Assembly (NCBI GenBank): GCA_002269645.1
Contig: NIVC01000346.1
Location: 186,001-250,000 of the forward strand
Origin: Macrostomum lignano
Taxonomy: Eukaryota
Length of the DNA stretch: 64,000 bases
Direction: 5' to 3'
Shown here: in pieces, positions 13,535 through 23,227 of the stretch
Numbering within the stretch: position 1 is the stretch's first letter
Layout: each line of letters begins with the position of its first letter
Program-made: the position numbers and the translations under genes
Notes under the pieces: model-generated
What the model saw: only the letters and a program-made list of their open reading frames with translations
Told to the model about the DNA's origin: nothing
The model's database searches: none

Positions 13535-16185
13535 AAAAAAATCATAAAAGCGTCATGTAAAAAATCATAGAAGCGTCATGTAAAAAATCGTGGAAGTGTC
13601 ATGTAAAAAATCGTGGAAGCATCATGTAAAAAGCATAGAAGCGTCATGTAAAAAATCATAGAAGCGTCATGTAAACAATCATAGAAGCGTCATGCAAACA
13701 ATCATAGAAGCGTCATGTAAACAATCATAGAAGCGTAATGTAAAAATCATAGTAGCGTCATGTAAAAAATCATAGAAGCGTCATGTAAACAATCATAGAA
13801 GCGTCATGCAAACAATCATAGAAGCGTCATGTAAACAATCATAGAAGCGTCATGTAAACAATCATAAAAGCATCGTGTAAACAATCATAGAAGCGTCATT
13901 TAAAAAATCATAGAGGCGTCATATAAAAATCAAAAAAACGTCATGTAAAAAATCATAGAAGCGTCATGTAAAAATCATAGAGGTGTCATGTAAAAATCAT
14001 TGAAGCGTCCTGCAGAAATCGTAGAAGCGTCATGAAATAATCATAGAAGCGTCATGTAAAAAATCATAGAAGCGTCATGTAAAAAATCATAGAAGCGTCA
14101 TGTAAAAAATCATAGAAGCATCGTGTAAACAATCATAGAAGCGTCATGTAAAAAATCGTAGAAGCGTCATGTAAAAAATCATAGAAGCGTCATATAAACA
14201 ATCATAGAAGCGTCATGTAAACAATCATAGAAGCGTCATGTAAAAATCATAGAAGCGTCATGTAAAAATCATAGAAGCGTCATGTAAAAAATCATAGAAG
14301 CGTCATATAAAAATCAAAAAAACGTCATGTAAAAAATCATAGAAGCGTCATGTAAAAATCATAGAGGTGTCTTGTAAAAATCATTGAAGCGTCCTGCAGA
14401 AATCGTAGAAGCGTCATGAAATAATCATAGAAGCGTCATGTAAAAAATCATAGAAGCGTCATGTAAAAAATCATAGAAGCGTCATGTAAAAAATCATAGA
14501 AGCATCGTGTAAACAATCATAGAAGCGTCATGTAAAAAATCATAGAAGCGTCATGTAAAAAATCATAGAAGCGTCATATAAACAATCATAGAAGCGTCAT
14601 GTAAACAATCATAGAAGCGTCATGTAAAAATCATAGAAGCGTCATGTAAAAATCATAAAAGCGTCATGTAAAAAATCATAGAAGCGTCATGTAAAAAATC
14701 ATAGAAGCATCGTGTAAACAATCATAGAAGCGTCATGTAAAAATCATAGAAGCGTCATGTAAAAAATCATAGAAGCGTCATCTAAAACATCATAAAAGCG
14801 TCATGTAAAAAATCGTAGAAGCGTCATTTAAAAAATCATAGAAGTGTCATGTAAAAAATCGTGGAAGCATCATGTAAAAAGCATAGTGTCATGTAAAAAA
14901 TCATAGAAGCGTCATGTAAACAATCATAGAAGCGTCATGTAAAAAATCGTGGAAGCATCATGTAAAAAGCATAGAAGTGTCATGTAAAAAATCATAGAAG
15001 CGTCATGTAAACAATCATAGAAGCGTCATGCAAACAATCATAGAAGCGTCATGTAAACAATCATAGAAGCTTCTTGTAAAAAATCGTAGAAGCGTCATGA
15101 AAAAATCATTAAAGCGTCATGTAAAAATCATAGAAGAGTCATGTAAAAAATCGTAAGAGCGTAATATAAAAATCATAGAAGCGTCATTTAAAAAATCATA
15201 GAGGCGTCATATAAAAATCAAAAAAACGTCATTTAAAAATCATAGAAGCGTCATGTAAACAATCATAGAAGCGTCATGTAAACAATCATGGAAGCGTCAT
15301 GTAAAAAATCATAGAAGCGTCATGTAAACAATCATGGAAGCGTCATGTAAACAATCATAGAAGCGTAATGTAAAAATCATAGTAGCGTCATGTAAAAAAT
15401 CATAGAAGCGTCATGTAAAAAGCATAGAAGCGTCATATAAACAATCATAGAAGCGTCATGCAAACAATCATAGAAGCGTCATGTAAAAATCATAGAAGCG
15501 TCATGTAAAAATCATTGAAGCGTCCTGCAGAAATCGTAGAAGCGTCATGAAATAATCATAGAAGCGTCATGTAAAAAATCATAGAAGCGTCATGTAAAAA
15601 ATCATAGAAGCATCGTGTAAACAATCATAGAAGCGTCATGTAAAAAATCATAGAAGCGTCATGTAAAAAATCATAGAAGCGTCATATAAACAATCATAGA
15701 AGCGTCATGTAAACAATCATAGAAGCGTCATGTAAAAATCATAGAAGCGTCATGTAAAAATCATAGAAGCGTCATGTAAAAAATCATAGAAGCGTCATGA
15801 AAAAAATCATAGAAGCATCGTGTAAACAATCATAGAAGCGTCATGTAAAAAATCATAGAAGCGTCATATAAACAATCATAGAAGCGTCATGTAAACAATC
15901 ATAGAAGCGCCATGTAAAAATCATAAAAGCGTTATGTAAACAATCATAGAAGCGTCATTTAAAAAATCATAGAAGCGTCATTTTAAAAATCATAGAAGCG
16001 TCATATAAACAATCATAGAAGCGTCATGTAAACAATCATAGAAGCGTCATGAAAAAATCATAGAAGCGTCATGTTAAAATCATAGAAGCGTCATGAAAAA
16101 ATCATAGAAGCGTCATTTAAAAACTAATGAAAGTGTCATTTAAAAAATTAAGAAGCATCATAGTAGAATAAAAGAAGCGTCATGT
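13535..16185 (+). repeat. 22-23-bp minisatellite AAAAAATCATAGAAGCGTCATGT, roughly 115 copies
   Basis: Direct reading; recurring variants AAACAATC and CCTGCAG. Confidence 0.95.
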
Positions 16186-17015
16186 CAGACATGAAAGGTG
16201 TCATGGAAAAATTAAATGCAGCTATAATGCTGTGCTGGGGAGAAAAACTGAGACGTCAAGGCTCTCAGAGAATAACTGAGATTACGGGGGGGGGGTTTGA
16301 GATGTCAAAGCAAAAGTCAGAAGCTAATTCAAAGTTCATGTACTTTACTCAATTTTTTTTATTGCATTCTTTGTTGGCTCGCCACGGGAGGCGCTGATAG
16401 AAGAAGAGTCATGTAAAAAATAAAAGTAGCACTATATATACATAAAAGAAAAGTCATGTCGAAGTTAAAAGATTCATTTGGGAATTGCTACGATGTCAAA
16501 GCTAGGTGGAAATCGTTATAGTGCTGTGATTCTTAAAGAAGGAATCACTAAAATGTCAAGGCTTAGGGGAGAAGAATTGCTGAGATTTCAAGGCTTTATG
16601 TTGGGTTAAAGTTAGGTTTAGGTCAGGTGTGGGTTGAGGGTTATATTTTATCGAGTTTCAAGGTTAGCAGGGGATTTTTCAGATTTCAAGGTTTATGGGC
16701 GCCATCGCTGACATGTTAAGGCTTACGGGGGGAATAGCTGAGATGTCAAGGCTCACGGGGGTATAAATGAGATTTCAAGGCTAAAGTCAGAAGCTACATG
16801 TAGTTTATTGAAAACTTTTTATTACATTATTTGATGCCTCCTTAGGGAGGGATCGCTGATTAAAAAAGCGTAATGTAAAAAATAAAAGAAGCTTCATGTC
16901 GAAGTTAAGATATTCATTTGGGAATCCCTACGATGTCGAGGCTTGCAGGGAATCGCTATAATGCTGTAGTAGTGCTATAATGACTCTTAGAGAGAATTAC
17001 TGAAATTTCAATGCT

Positions 17016-17042
17016 TTAGGGTTAGGTTAGGGTTAGGGTTAG
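17016..17042 (+). repeat. Interstitial (TTAGGG)n, opposite orientation to the copies in the A/B units
   Basis: TTAGGG TTAGG TTAGGG TTAGGG TTAG. Confidence 0.85.
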
Positions 17043-17265
17043 AAGGTTGACAGATATTTTTAGATTTCCAAGGCTTATTGGGGGCATGGCTGAGATGTCA
17101 AGGGGGGAAGTTGATATGTTAAAGCTTGTGGGGGGGAATTACTGACATGTCAAGGCTTACAAGGTTTGATAGGAGATTTTTTAAGATTTCAAGGATACAT
17201 GTAGCTTATTAAAAAAACGTGTATTGCATTTCTTTGGCTCCCCAACGGGGGGCGTAGATTGCTAT

Positions 17266-17396
17266 TCTAAAACTATTATTATAAGGGACATTAGTCTGGT
17301 GGCAGCAACCTACCAAATTAGAGTACAGGATAACAGAAGTAATAATAGAAAACAGAATAAACCAGTAGCCTAAACCACAGGTACCACGCTTGTCCA
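17266..17396 (+). repeat. 5' LTR, last piece (131 bp)
   Basis: Matches 25242-25372; the three pieces sum to 114+477+131 = 722 bp, equal to the 3' LTR. Confidence 0.95.
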
Positions 17397-17398
17397 AT

Positions 17399-17408
17399 TG
17401 GTGGCAGC
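17399..17408 (+). promoter_or_regulatory. Primer-binding site TGGTGGCAGC (tRNA-Leu type)
   Basis: 2 nt after the LTR-terminal CA; complementary to GCTGCCA-CCA, the 3' end of eukaryotic tRNA-Leu isoacceptors. Confidence 0.75.
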
Positions 17409-17813
17409 TTAGGGGATTAGTAAACCCGAGAAACGCAAAAAAAGTTAAAGACTGGTGCAAACTAAAAATTAGTAAAATATATAACCTGCAAAATAAAAAC
17501 GTTTCGGAAAGTCAGAATCGGGAGAGAAGGTAATCTAAATACTGAAACTAATGCGATAATCCTAAATCCTAGGATTAACGAATTAAAGAACGAATTAACG
17601 CTTCTATTGAGCTAGCAGTTCAAAAATTGATAGCAAGGTCATAAAATTGACCCAAATAAAGTGAAGAGATCACGCAGTCTAGCAGTTCTGTTCACAATTA
17701 GAAATAACCAATTAAAAACTAGTTAAATAGATCAGTGACTCAGGAGTCTCCCAGTTTCACTGAATTCAATTAATAGTAAGTATCAGAAGCGATAATTCGT
17801 AATCAGAAATCTA

Positions 17814-18824
17814 ATGGACGCTAATGACGTAGTAGAAGCTTTGGCTGAAGGCATTAGAGACAGGCTAGACATCAGGAAGCACATTAGGATCCAAAAGTAC
17901 ACGCCTAATCAAGATATAGACGTATGGATTCAGGCTTTTGAGCAAAGGTGTATCGCAGATGAGATACCTGCAGCCGATTGGAAAAATGAACTACTATCTA
18001 ATCTAGATGTCCAATCAGCGTTTGCTATTGTGACAAGGCTGAATTTAGACCCTAATCTACCGTATGCTGAATTCAAGGATAGGCTCATCGAACGATTCAC
18101 GCATGCGGGTAGTGCTCAAGAAGCTAGAGAAGAATTCCGTAGCAGATACCAATCTAAGACAGAGAGCTCTGACGACTATGCGGAGAAGCTGACAGAGTTA
18201 GCCTATAGGGCATTTCCCCACCTTACTAATGACCAAAGACAGGAAGAAGTGGTGGAACAATTTATTAGAGGTGTTAGGATAACCCCAGAGGCTAAGGAAA
18301 AGCTACTGCTAGCACAGGCGAACACACTCCAAGAGATACGTCGAGTCTTGCGACGTATCGAAATGGCGTATACCATGTCTCGCCGAGGGAGAGATCCAGC
18401 TCAGTGCAAGGCAACTGGAGGAGATGAGGCTGAGAGTAGCTTGAGGGAGTTAGTCCGCAAGCAAGGTGAGACACTAGAAAGCCAGCAGAGGGTACTCCAG
18501 GAGTTGCTTCGACACCAGCAGAGTGCTGAGCAGAAGGCTAGGCAGAAGCCGTACCAAGGCCAGCAACAGGGCCAAGGTCAGAAGCAGCCAGTAAAGTGCT
18601 TCAAGTGTGGGAAAAGCGGTCACATAGCTAAGCATTGCCAGCAGCAGCAGAATCAGCCGCAGTTTCCGCAGCAGCAGTTTCCACAACCACCACAGTTTAT
18701 TCCGTACCAGCCGCAGTACCCGCCGCCGCAGTTCCCGCAGCAGCAGTTCCCGCAGCAGTACCAGAATAAGAATCAGGGAAACGGAGTAGCCGGAAGCGTA
18801 GGAGGCAACGCTTTCCAGAAGTAG
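17814..18824 (+). CDS. gag: Gag (336 aa) with CCHC zinc knuckle
   Basis: W...FE..C gag motif, zinc knuckle CFKCGKSGHIAKHC, Q/P-rich tail. Confidence 0.92.
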   Translation: MDANDVVEALAEGIRDRLDIRKHIRIQKYTPNQDIDVWIQAFEQRCIADEIPAADWKNELLSNLDVQSAFAIVTRLNLDPNLPYAEFKDRLIERFTHAGSAQEAREEFRSRYQSKTESSDDYAEKLTELAYRAFPHLTNDQRQEEVVEQFIRGVRITPEAKEKLLLAQANTLQEIRRVLRRIEMAYTMSRRGRDPAQCKATGGDEAESSLRELVRKQGETLESQQRVLQELLRHQQSAEQKARQKPYQGQQQGQGQKQPVKCFKCGKSGHIAKHCQQQQNQPQFPQQQFPQPPQFIPYQPQYPPPQFPQQQFPQQYQNKNQGNGVAGSVGGNAFQK

Positions 18825-21800
18825 ACAGCCAGCAGTCTGTAGCCTCGCAACCTGTAAATAGCAGCGATAGTTTTTCTGTAAATAGTGAATTGAATTCTTT
18901 GTATAACAGTAGACATGCGCAACCATTTAATCAATCATTTAATCAACCAAATATTTATTCTCAGCACTTTTCACACGCACCACAGCAACAACCTTGTTCT
19001 AGTAAGCAGCAAATTAAACCACAAAATTTAAGCGAACCAACTAAGAAGCAAAATTACGATCCGTATATTACTGGCAGCATTCTAAATAAGGAGGTAGTTT
19101 ATCTATTAGACACTGGCAGCAATAGGAACATTCTAGGACGTGAAACCTGGAAACACTTGTTCACTGGCAAGAATAGTCACTTAATTAAACAATGGAACAA
19201 TAGAATCGTATCGTTCACAGAAGAGCCGATTCCAATTAAGGGCTCCGTAGTTATTAAAGCAACATTCGGTGATTTTGAAGAAGAAATAGAGTTTCTCTTA
19301 TGTGACGCAGAAGTAGACAATGTAATAGGCGTGACGTTTGTCCAACAATATTGTAATGCTATCGACTTTGAGACAGGAATGCTAACTATGAAGCAGGGAA
19401 CCAGAATTCCACTTCGTTCTACCAGAGCTAAGCCTCAGGTTAAGAGAATCTATGTTGCAGAAAAGACGACAGTTCCAGCTAATAGTTCAGGATTAGTCAA
19501 GGTTAGATTAGCCACAGGTAGTGAATCCAATTTCGGAGTGCCGTCAGTTGTTGAGCCACTCAAATCAGGATTGAAGACTAGAGCAGAGAAGGTAACTGTA
19601 GTGCCAAGTCTAGTAACTTTGAGACAAGGAGAAGCTTATCTGGAAGTGATTAACACCAGCTCACAGGAAGCTAGAGTGCCAGCAGCAGCACTAGTAGGAA
19701 TGGCTAAGCCACTTTTAGCTAGTGAATTAAACTATCTTAAAGATCAACCAGAGAAAGAGCAGTTATGCCAGAATAAGAACACGCAGTTTTGCGAAAACAT
19801 CAGACAGGTTCAAGACAAGTCAGAAGACTGGATTAGTGAGATTAACATAGGAAATGAACTGACTCAGGAGCAGAGACAGAAGGTGATTGAGGTCGTCAAG
19901 GAGCATTCAGCAGCTTTCTCGCAGCACGAGTTAGACTTAGGCAGAACGCATTTAGTCACACATGAGATTATCTTGAAGGACAACAACCCAGTTCAGATAC
20001 CAGCTAGAAAGATTCCACCTCATTGGATCAAGGAGGTAGATGAGCAGTTAGATCTCATGTTGGCTAGAGGCATCATTAGGCCTAGTTACTCGCAGTACTC
20101 GACTCCATTAGTCATAGTACCTAAGAAAGATGGTTCGCTGAGATTAGTTAACGACTATCGAGCACTAAACAACAAATCGGAGTACTTTCCGTATCCAATA
20201 ACTAATATTAATGAAACATTCTCATGTCTCCATGGAGCCAGTCAATTTTCTACGTTAGATCTATTCTCAGGATATTATCAGATAGCTCTTAGGGAAGAAG
20301 ATAAATGCAAAACTAGTTTTCCAACTTTACATCGAGGCTCGTTTGAGTACGAAGTTTTGCCAATGGGATTGCAAGGAGCTCCAGGAACTTTCCAAAGGTG
20401 CATGAACTTAGTTCTTAAGGACATTGCACAGAAGTTCGCCATAGCTTACTTAGACGATGTAATAGTTTATAGTACAGACTTTGAATCTCACTTAGAACAC
20501 CTGAAAGAAGTGCTCAAAAGACTAATCCAAGCTAATATGAAACTAAAAGCGAAGAAATGTCACCTTTTCAAATCAGAACTGCAATATCTAGGACACGTCA
20601 TAGGCAAATCAGGAATTAAAAGGGATGCGTCAAAGTTAGAAACGATTAGGAACTGGCCAAAACCTAAATCTGTGACAGAGCTTCGAAGTTTTCTCGGACT
20701 CTGTAACTATTATCGAAAGTTTGTTAGAGATTTCGCCGAGGTAGCAGCACCACTCTGTGAGCTAACGAAGAAGAACATCAAGTGTATCCAGGACAAATGG
20801 ACCAGGATTCATGATGAATGCTTCGAGCTGTTGAAGGAACGGATGTGTTCCGAAGAAGTGCTTGCTTACCCAGAGTTTAATACAGACCCCCAAGTTTATT
20901 TTGTGTTAGACACTGATGCATCGGATGTCAGAATTGGGGCGGTCTTAAATCAAGTGCAGAGCGACGGAGTTGAGAGACCGATCGCGTATTATAGTCGAAA
21001 AATGAGGCAGTCAGAAAGTAGATACCCGATTACGAGGAAGGAGCTTCTAGCGATTGTTGACTCGCTGAAGTACTTCAGGTTTTACCTCGTAGGGAAACGT
21101 TTTAAGGTGCGCACTGATCACAATGCCCTAACCTGGTTGCTTCGCCAGACCGAACAGACAGGCATTTTAGGTCGTTGGATCGAGAGACTTAGTGAATTTG
21201 ATTTTGAGATTGAGCATAGAAGTGGCCCTAAGCATGTGAATGCTGATGCTCTATCCAGGATCCCGGATCCTCAACAGGATGAGTCATCCCCATATGCCAG
21301 GTCGCTTAGCTGTAGGGCAACTGTGAACACAGACCCAGCATCAGCTGTTACTGTGAGCTCAGGCAATTCCGCGCAAGCCGAAACCTGTAGTCTACACAGT
21401 GGAGTTACGTCATGCTGTTCGCCGCAGAATATGGCGCCGAACCGACACAATACTCCGAGTTTTAGTAGCAGGTTGCTAAGCAAAAGGCAAGAACAGGAGC
21501 CTAAGGAAAGGCACCCGCTTGTTTGCAATGCACTGCTGAGTGATTACCTTCGTAGCCCGGTGCGTCGCGAAAATTTGGTCGCAGCTCAGCTAGCTGACCC
21601 CGCACTAAGCTATGTCAGGAATCTGATTGAGTCTGACTTGCCGAAACCGAACTTTCAAGAAAGACTAGAATTGTCTCACGAGATTAGAAATCTGCTAGGT
21701 TATTATGAACTCTTCAGGATAGAAGACGGTGTTCTCCGAATAGACTTAAATTTAGGGCGGACCGAATCTAAAGTGGTGTTGCCCAAGTCTTTGGATGGTG

Positions 21801-22813
21801 AAGTTTTTCACGAATTCCACGATTCACCGTTAGCAGGTCATCTAGGAAGAGATAAAACTTATCAGCGAGTTAAGGAAAGATTTTGGAGAGTAGGATTAGC
21901 TACAGCAGTCGAAAAGTACGTCGCCAAGTGCAAATCTTGTTTAGAAAGTAAATCAAGAAAGCGATGCAAGGCACCAGTGCAGAATTTTCCTATTGTCGAG
22001 CCATTCTCACGCCTTCACATTGATTTGATAGGTCCGATCAGTCAGACTAGCAAATCTGGTAACAAATATGTCTTGTCAGTTATTGACAACACTAGCAAAT
22101 TTCCGTTTGCGTTTGCAATTAAAAATCAGAAGGCTAAGACAGTAATCAAAATTCTGCAGGAGCGAGTTTTCGCCGACTTTGGAATACCTCAGTGGATTCA
22201 CACAGATCAGGGAACACAATTTACAGGGAGAGCATTTAGGAAATTTCTAGACCTCTATGGGATTAGGCACACTAGGACAACAAGCTATCATCCACAAAGC
22301 AATGGGCTAGTAGAAAATTTAAACAAACAAATTAAGTCAATTCTTACCTGTTTGCTCGAGAAAGAACATGCGAACTGGGATGTTCTTTTGCCCGGTTGTA
22401 TAACCGCATTGCGCACCAGCACGCATACAGCCACAGGTTTCAGCCCGCATTATCTTGTGTTTGGAAGAGAGGCCCGGATGCCGAGTGACAATGTGTTCCA
22501 GCAGCCAAAGGCGTTCGCCGATCTGCCTGCTTATGTTCAAGAGCACTTGACTCACCTGCAAGAGGGGCAAGAACTCGCCAAACAGCGGCTCAAATTAATA
22601 CAACGTAAGCGTGAGCAGCACTATTCTAACAAACCTAAACAACCAGACTTACCTATAGGGAGCTTAGTTTTCATTAACAACCCAGTCATCACACAGACAG
22701 AAGCCAACAAGTTCCACAGGAAGAGAAGAGCAGTCTACGAGGTCATAGAACAGTTATCAGAAGTAGTTTACAGGATTAGATTATTAAACAAAAGGCTAGA
22801 AAAGAGGAATTAG
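18770..22813 (+). CDS. pol: Pol polyprotein (protease, RT, RNase H, integrase)
   Basis: LLDTGS, YYQI/YLDD, LDTDASD, HDSPLAGH..C..C, HIDL/TDQG/ENLNK. The listed ORF 18890-22813 starts at TTG, but the frame is open from 18770. Confidence 0.97.
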   Translation, partial: ESGKRSSRKRRRQRFPEVDSQQSVASQPVNSSDSFSVNSELNSLYNSRHAQPFNQSFNQPNIYSQHFSHAPQQQPCSSKQQIKPQNLSEPTKKQNYDPYITGSILNKEVVYLLDTGSNRNILGRETWKHLFTGKNSHLIKQWNNRIVSFTEEPIPIKGSVVIKATFGDFEEEIEFLLCDAEVDNVIGVTFVQQYCNAIDFETGMLTMKQGTRIPLRSTRAKPQVKRIYVAEKTTVPANSSGLVKVRLATGSESNFGVPSVVEPLKSGLKTRAEKVTVVPSLVTLRQGEAYLEVINTSSQEARVPAAALVGMAKPLLASELNYLKDQPEKEQLCQNKNTQFCENIRQVQDKSEDWISEINIGNELTQEQRQKVIEVVKEHSAAFSQHELDLGRTHLVTHEIILKDNNPVQIPARKIPPHWIKEVDEQLDLMLARGIIRPSYSQYSTPLVIVPKKDGSLRLVNDYRALNNKSEYFPYPITNINETFSCLHGASQFSTLDLFSGYYQIALREEDKCKTSFPTLHRGSFEYEVLPMGLQGAPGTFQRCMNLVLKDIAQKFAIAYLDDVIVYSTDFESHLEHLKEVLKRLIQANMKLKAKKCHLFKSELQYLGHVIGKSGIKRDASKLETIRNWPKPKSVTELRSFLGLCNYYRKFVRDFAEVAAPLCELTKKNIKCIQDKWTRIHDECFELLKERMCSEEVLAYPEFNTDPQVYFVLDTDASDVRIGAVLNQVQSDGVERPIAYYSRKMRQSESRYPITRKELLAIVDSLKYFRFYLVGKRFKVRTDHNALTWLLRQTEQTGILGRWIERLSEFDFEIEHRSGPKHVNADALSRIPDPQQDESSPYARSLSCRATVNTDPASAVTVSSGNSAQAETCSLHSGVTSCCSPQNMAPNRHNTPSFSSRLLSKRQEQEPKERHPLVCNALLSDYLRSPVRRENLVAAQLADPALSYVRNLIESDLPKPNFQERLELSHEIRNLLGYYELFRIEDGVLRIDLNLGRTESKVVLPKSLDGEVFHEFHDSPLAGHLGRDKTYQRVKERFWRVGLATAVEKYVAKCKSCLESKSRKRCKAPVQNFPIVEPFSRLHIDLIGPISQTSKSGNKYVLSVIDNTSKFPFAFAIKNQKAKTVIKILQERVFADFGIPQWIHTDQGTQFTGRAFRKFLDLYGIRHTRTTSYHPQSNGLVENLNKQIKSILTCLLEKEHANWDVLLPGCITALRTSTHTATGFSPHYLVFGREARMPSDNVFQQPKAFADLPAYVQEHLTHLQEGQELAKQRLKLIQRKREQHYSNKPKQPDLPIGSLVFINNPVITQTEANKFHRKRRAVYEVIEQLSEVVYRIRLLNKRLEKRN
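18776..18846 (+). promoter_or_regulatory. -1 ribosomal frameshift signal (G GGA AAC plus stem-loop or pseudoknot)
   Basis: Heptamer at 18776-18782 in gag phase; the pol frame opens after TAA 18767-18769. Stem GGAAGCGT (18792-18799) pairs with ACGCTTTCC (18808-18816); loop GAGGC can pair with GCCTC (18842-18846). Confidence 0.8.
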
Positions 22814-22815
22814 TC

Positions 22816-23223
22816 ATGCATAGGGATAATTTACTACCCGTACCAACAGCCGATTACGTTAGTGAGGAAGAAAAGCCAGAAAGCAGTTGTGCCAGGCGAC
22901 CGAAACTTCGAGAAAATGTACCGCTTAATCCGATGTACGAAGCAGCCGACAGTGAGAGTGAACATGAAGATGAAGTGCAGTTTGTGCCAGTGCAGAGTCA
23001 GAATAATGTTCCAGTATCAGTGCAGGATATGCCAGTGCAGGTTATGCCAGTACAAGAAGATAATCTACCAGTGCAAAATAATAATGAGCAGCCAGCAATC
23101 GAAACTAGACCAGTTAGAGATAGACGGGAGCCGAGTAGATTAGCGATAGACCCAGGCCGGAAGAGCTATGTGCAAAAGGTAACGGAGTTGTTTAACCCCT
23201 ACCTGCTCTTCCAGCTCGAATAG
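22816..23223 (+). CDS. Probable C-terminal continuation of Pol after a 1-nt frameshift
   Basis: Adding one A in AGGAAT at about 22808 gives LEKRKLVMHRDNLLP, the usual end of the Gypsy integrase C-terminal (GPY/F-type) module. Confidence 0.7.
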   Translation: MHRDNLLPVPTADYVSEEEKPESSCARRPKLRENVPLNPMYEAADSESEHEDEVQFVPVQSQNNVPVSVQDMPVQVMPVQEDNLPVQNNNEQPAIETRPVRDRREPSRLAIDPGRKSYVQKVTELFNPYLLFQLE

Positions 23224-23227
23224 CATT

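Larger units (their letters stand above)
3260..17265 (+). mobile_element. Composite non-autonomous Helitron-like array (about 14.0 kb) inserted at A^T in the LTR with no TSD
   Basis: Intact LTR reads TTTTAA|TCTAAAAC. The insert starts TC(CTCTGTATATACTAAAG) and ends with hairpin GCTCCCC-AAC-GGGGGGC (17237-17253) followed by CTAT (17262-17265). No Rep/helicase ORF is visible. Confidence 0.8.
12931..17265 (+). mobile_element. Terminal unit type C: a different Helitron-like left end plus satellite plus the only right end
   Basis: TCTATATACTAAAAATGAGTTGTTTGTTTG...GGCTGGACCGATTTTC resembles Lep1-type Helitron 5' ends; 3' hairpin plus CTAT at the other end. Confidence 0.75.

Noticed and set aside
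13535-16185. Possible CRISPR-like array
   Set aside because: Monomers are contiguous with no unique spacers, the context is eukaryotic, and there are no cas genes.
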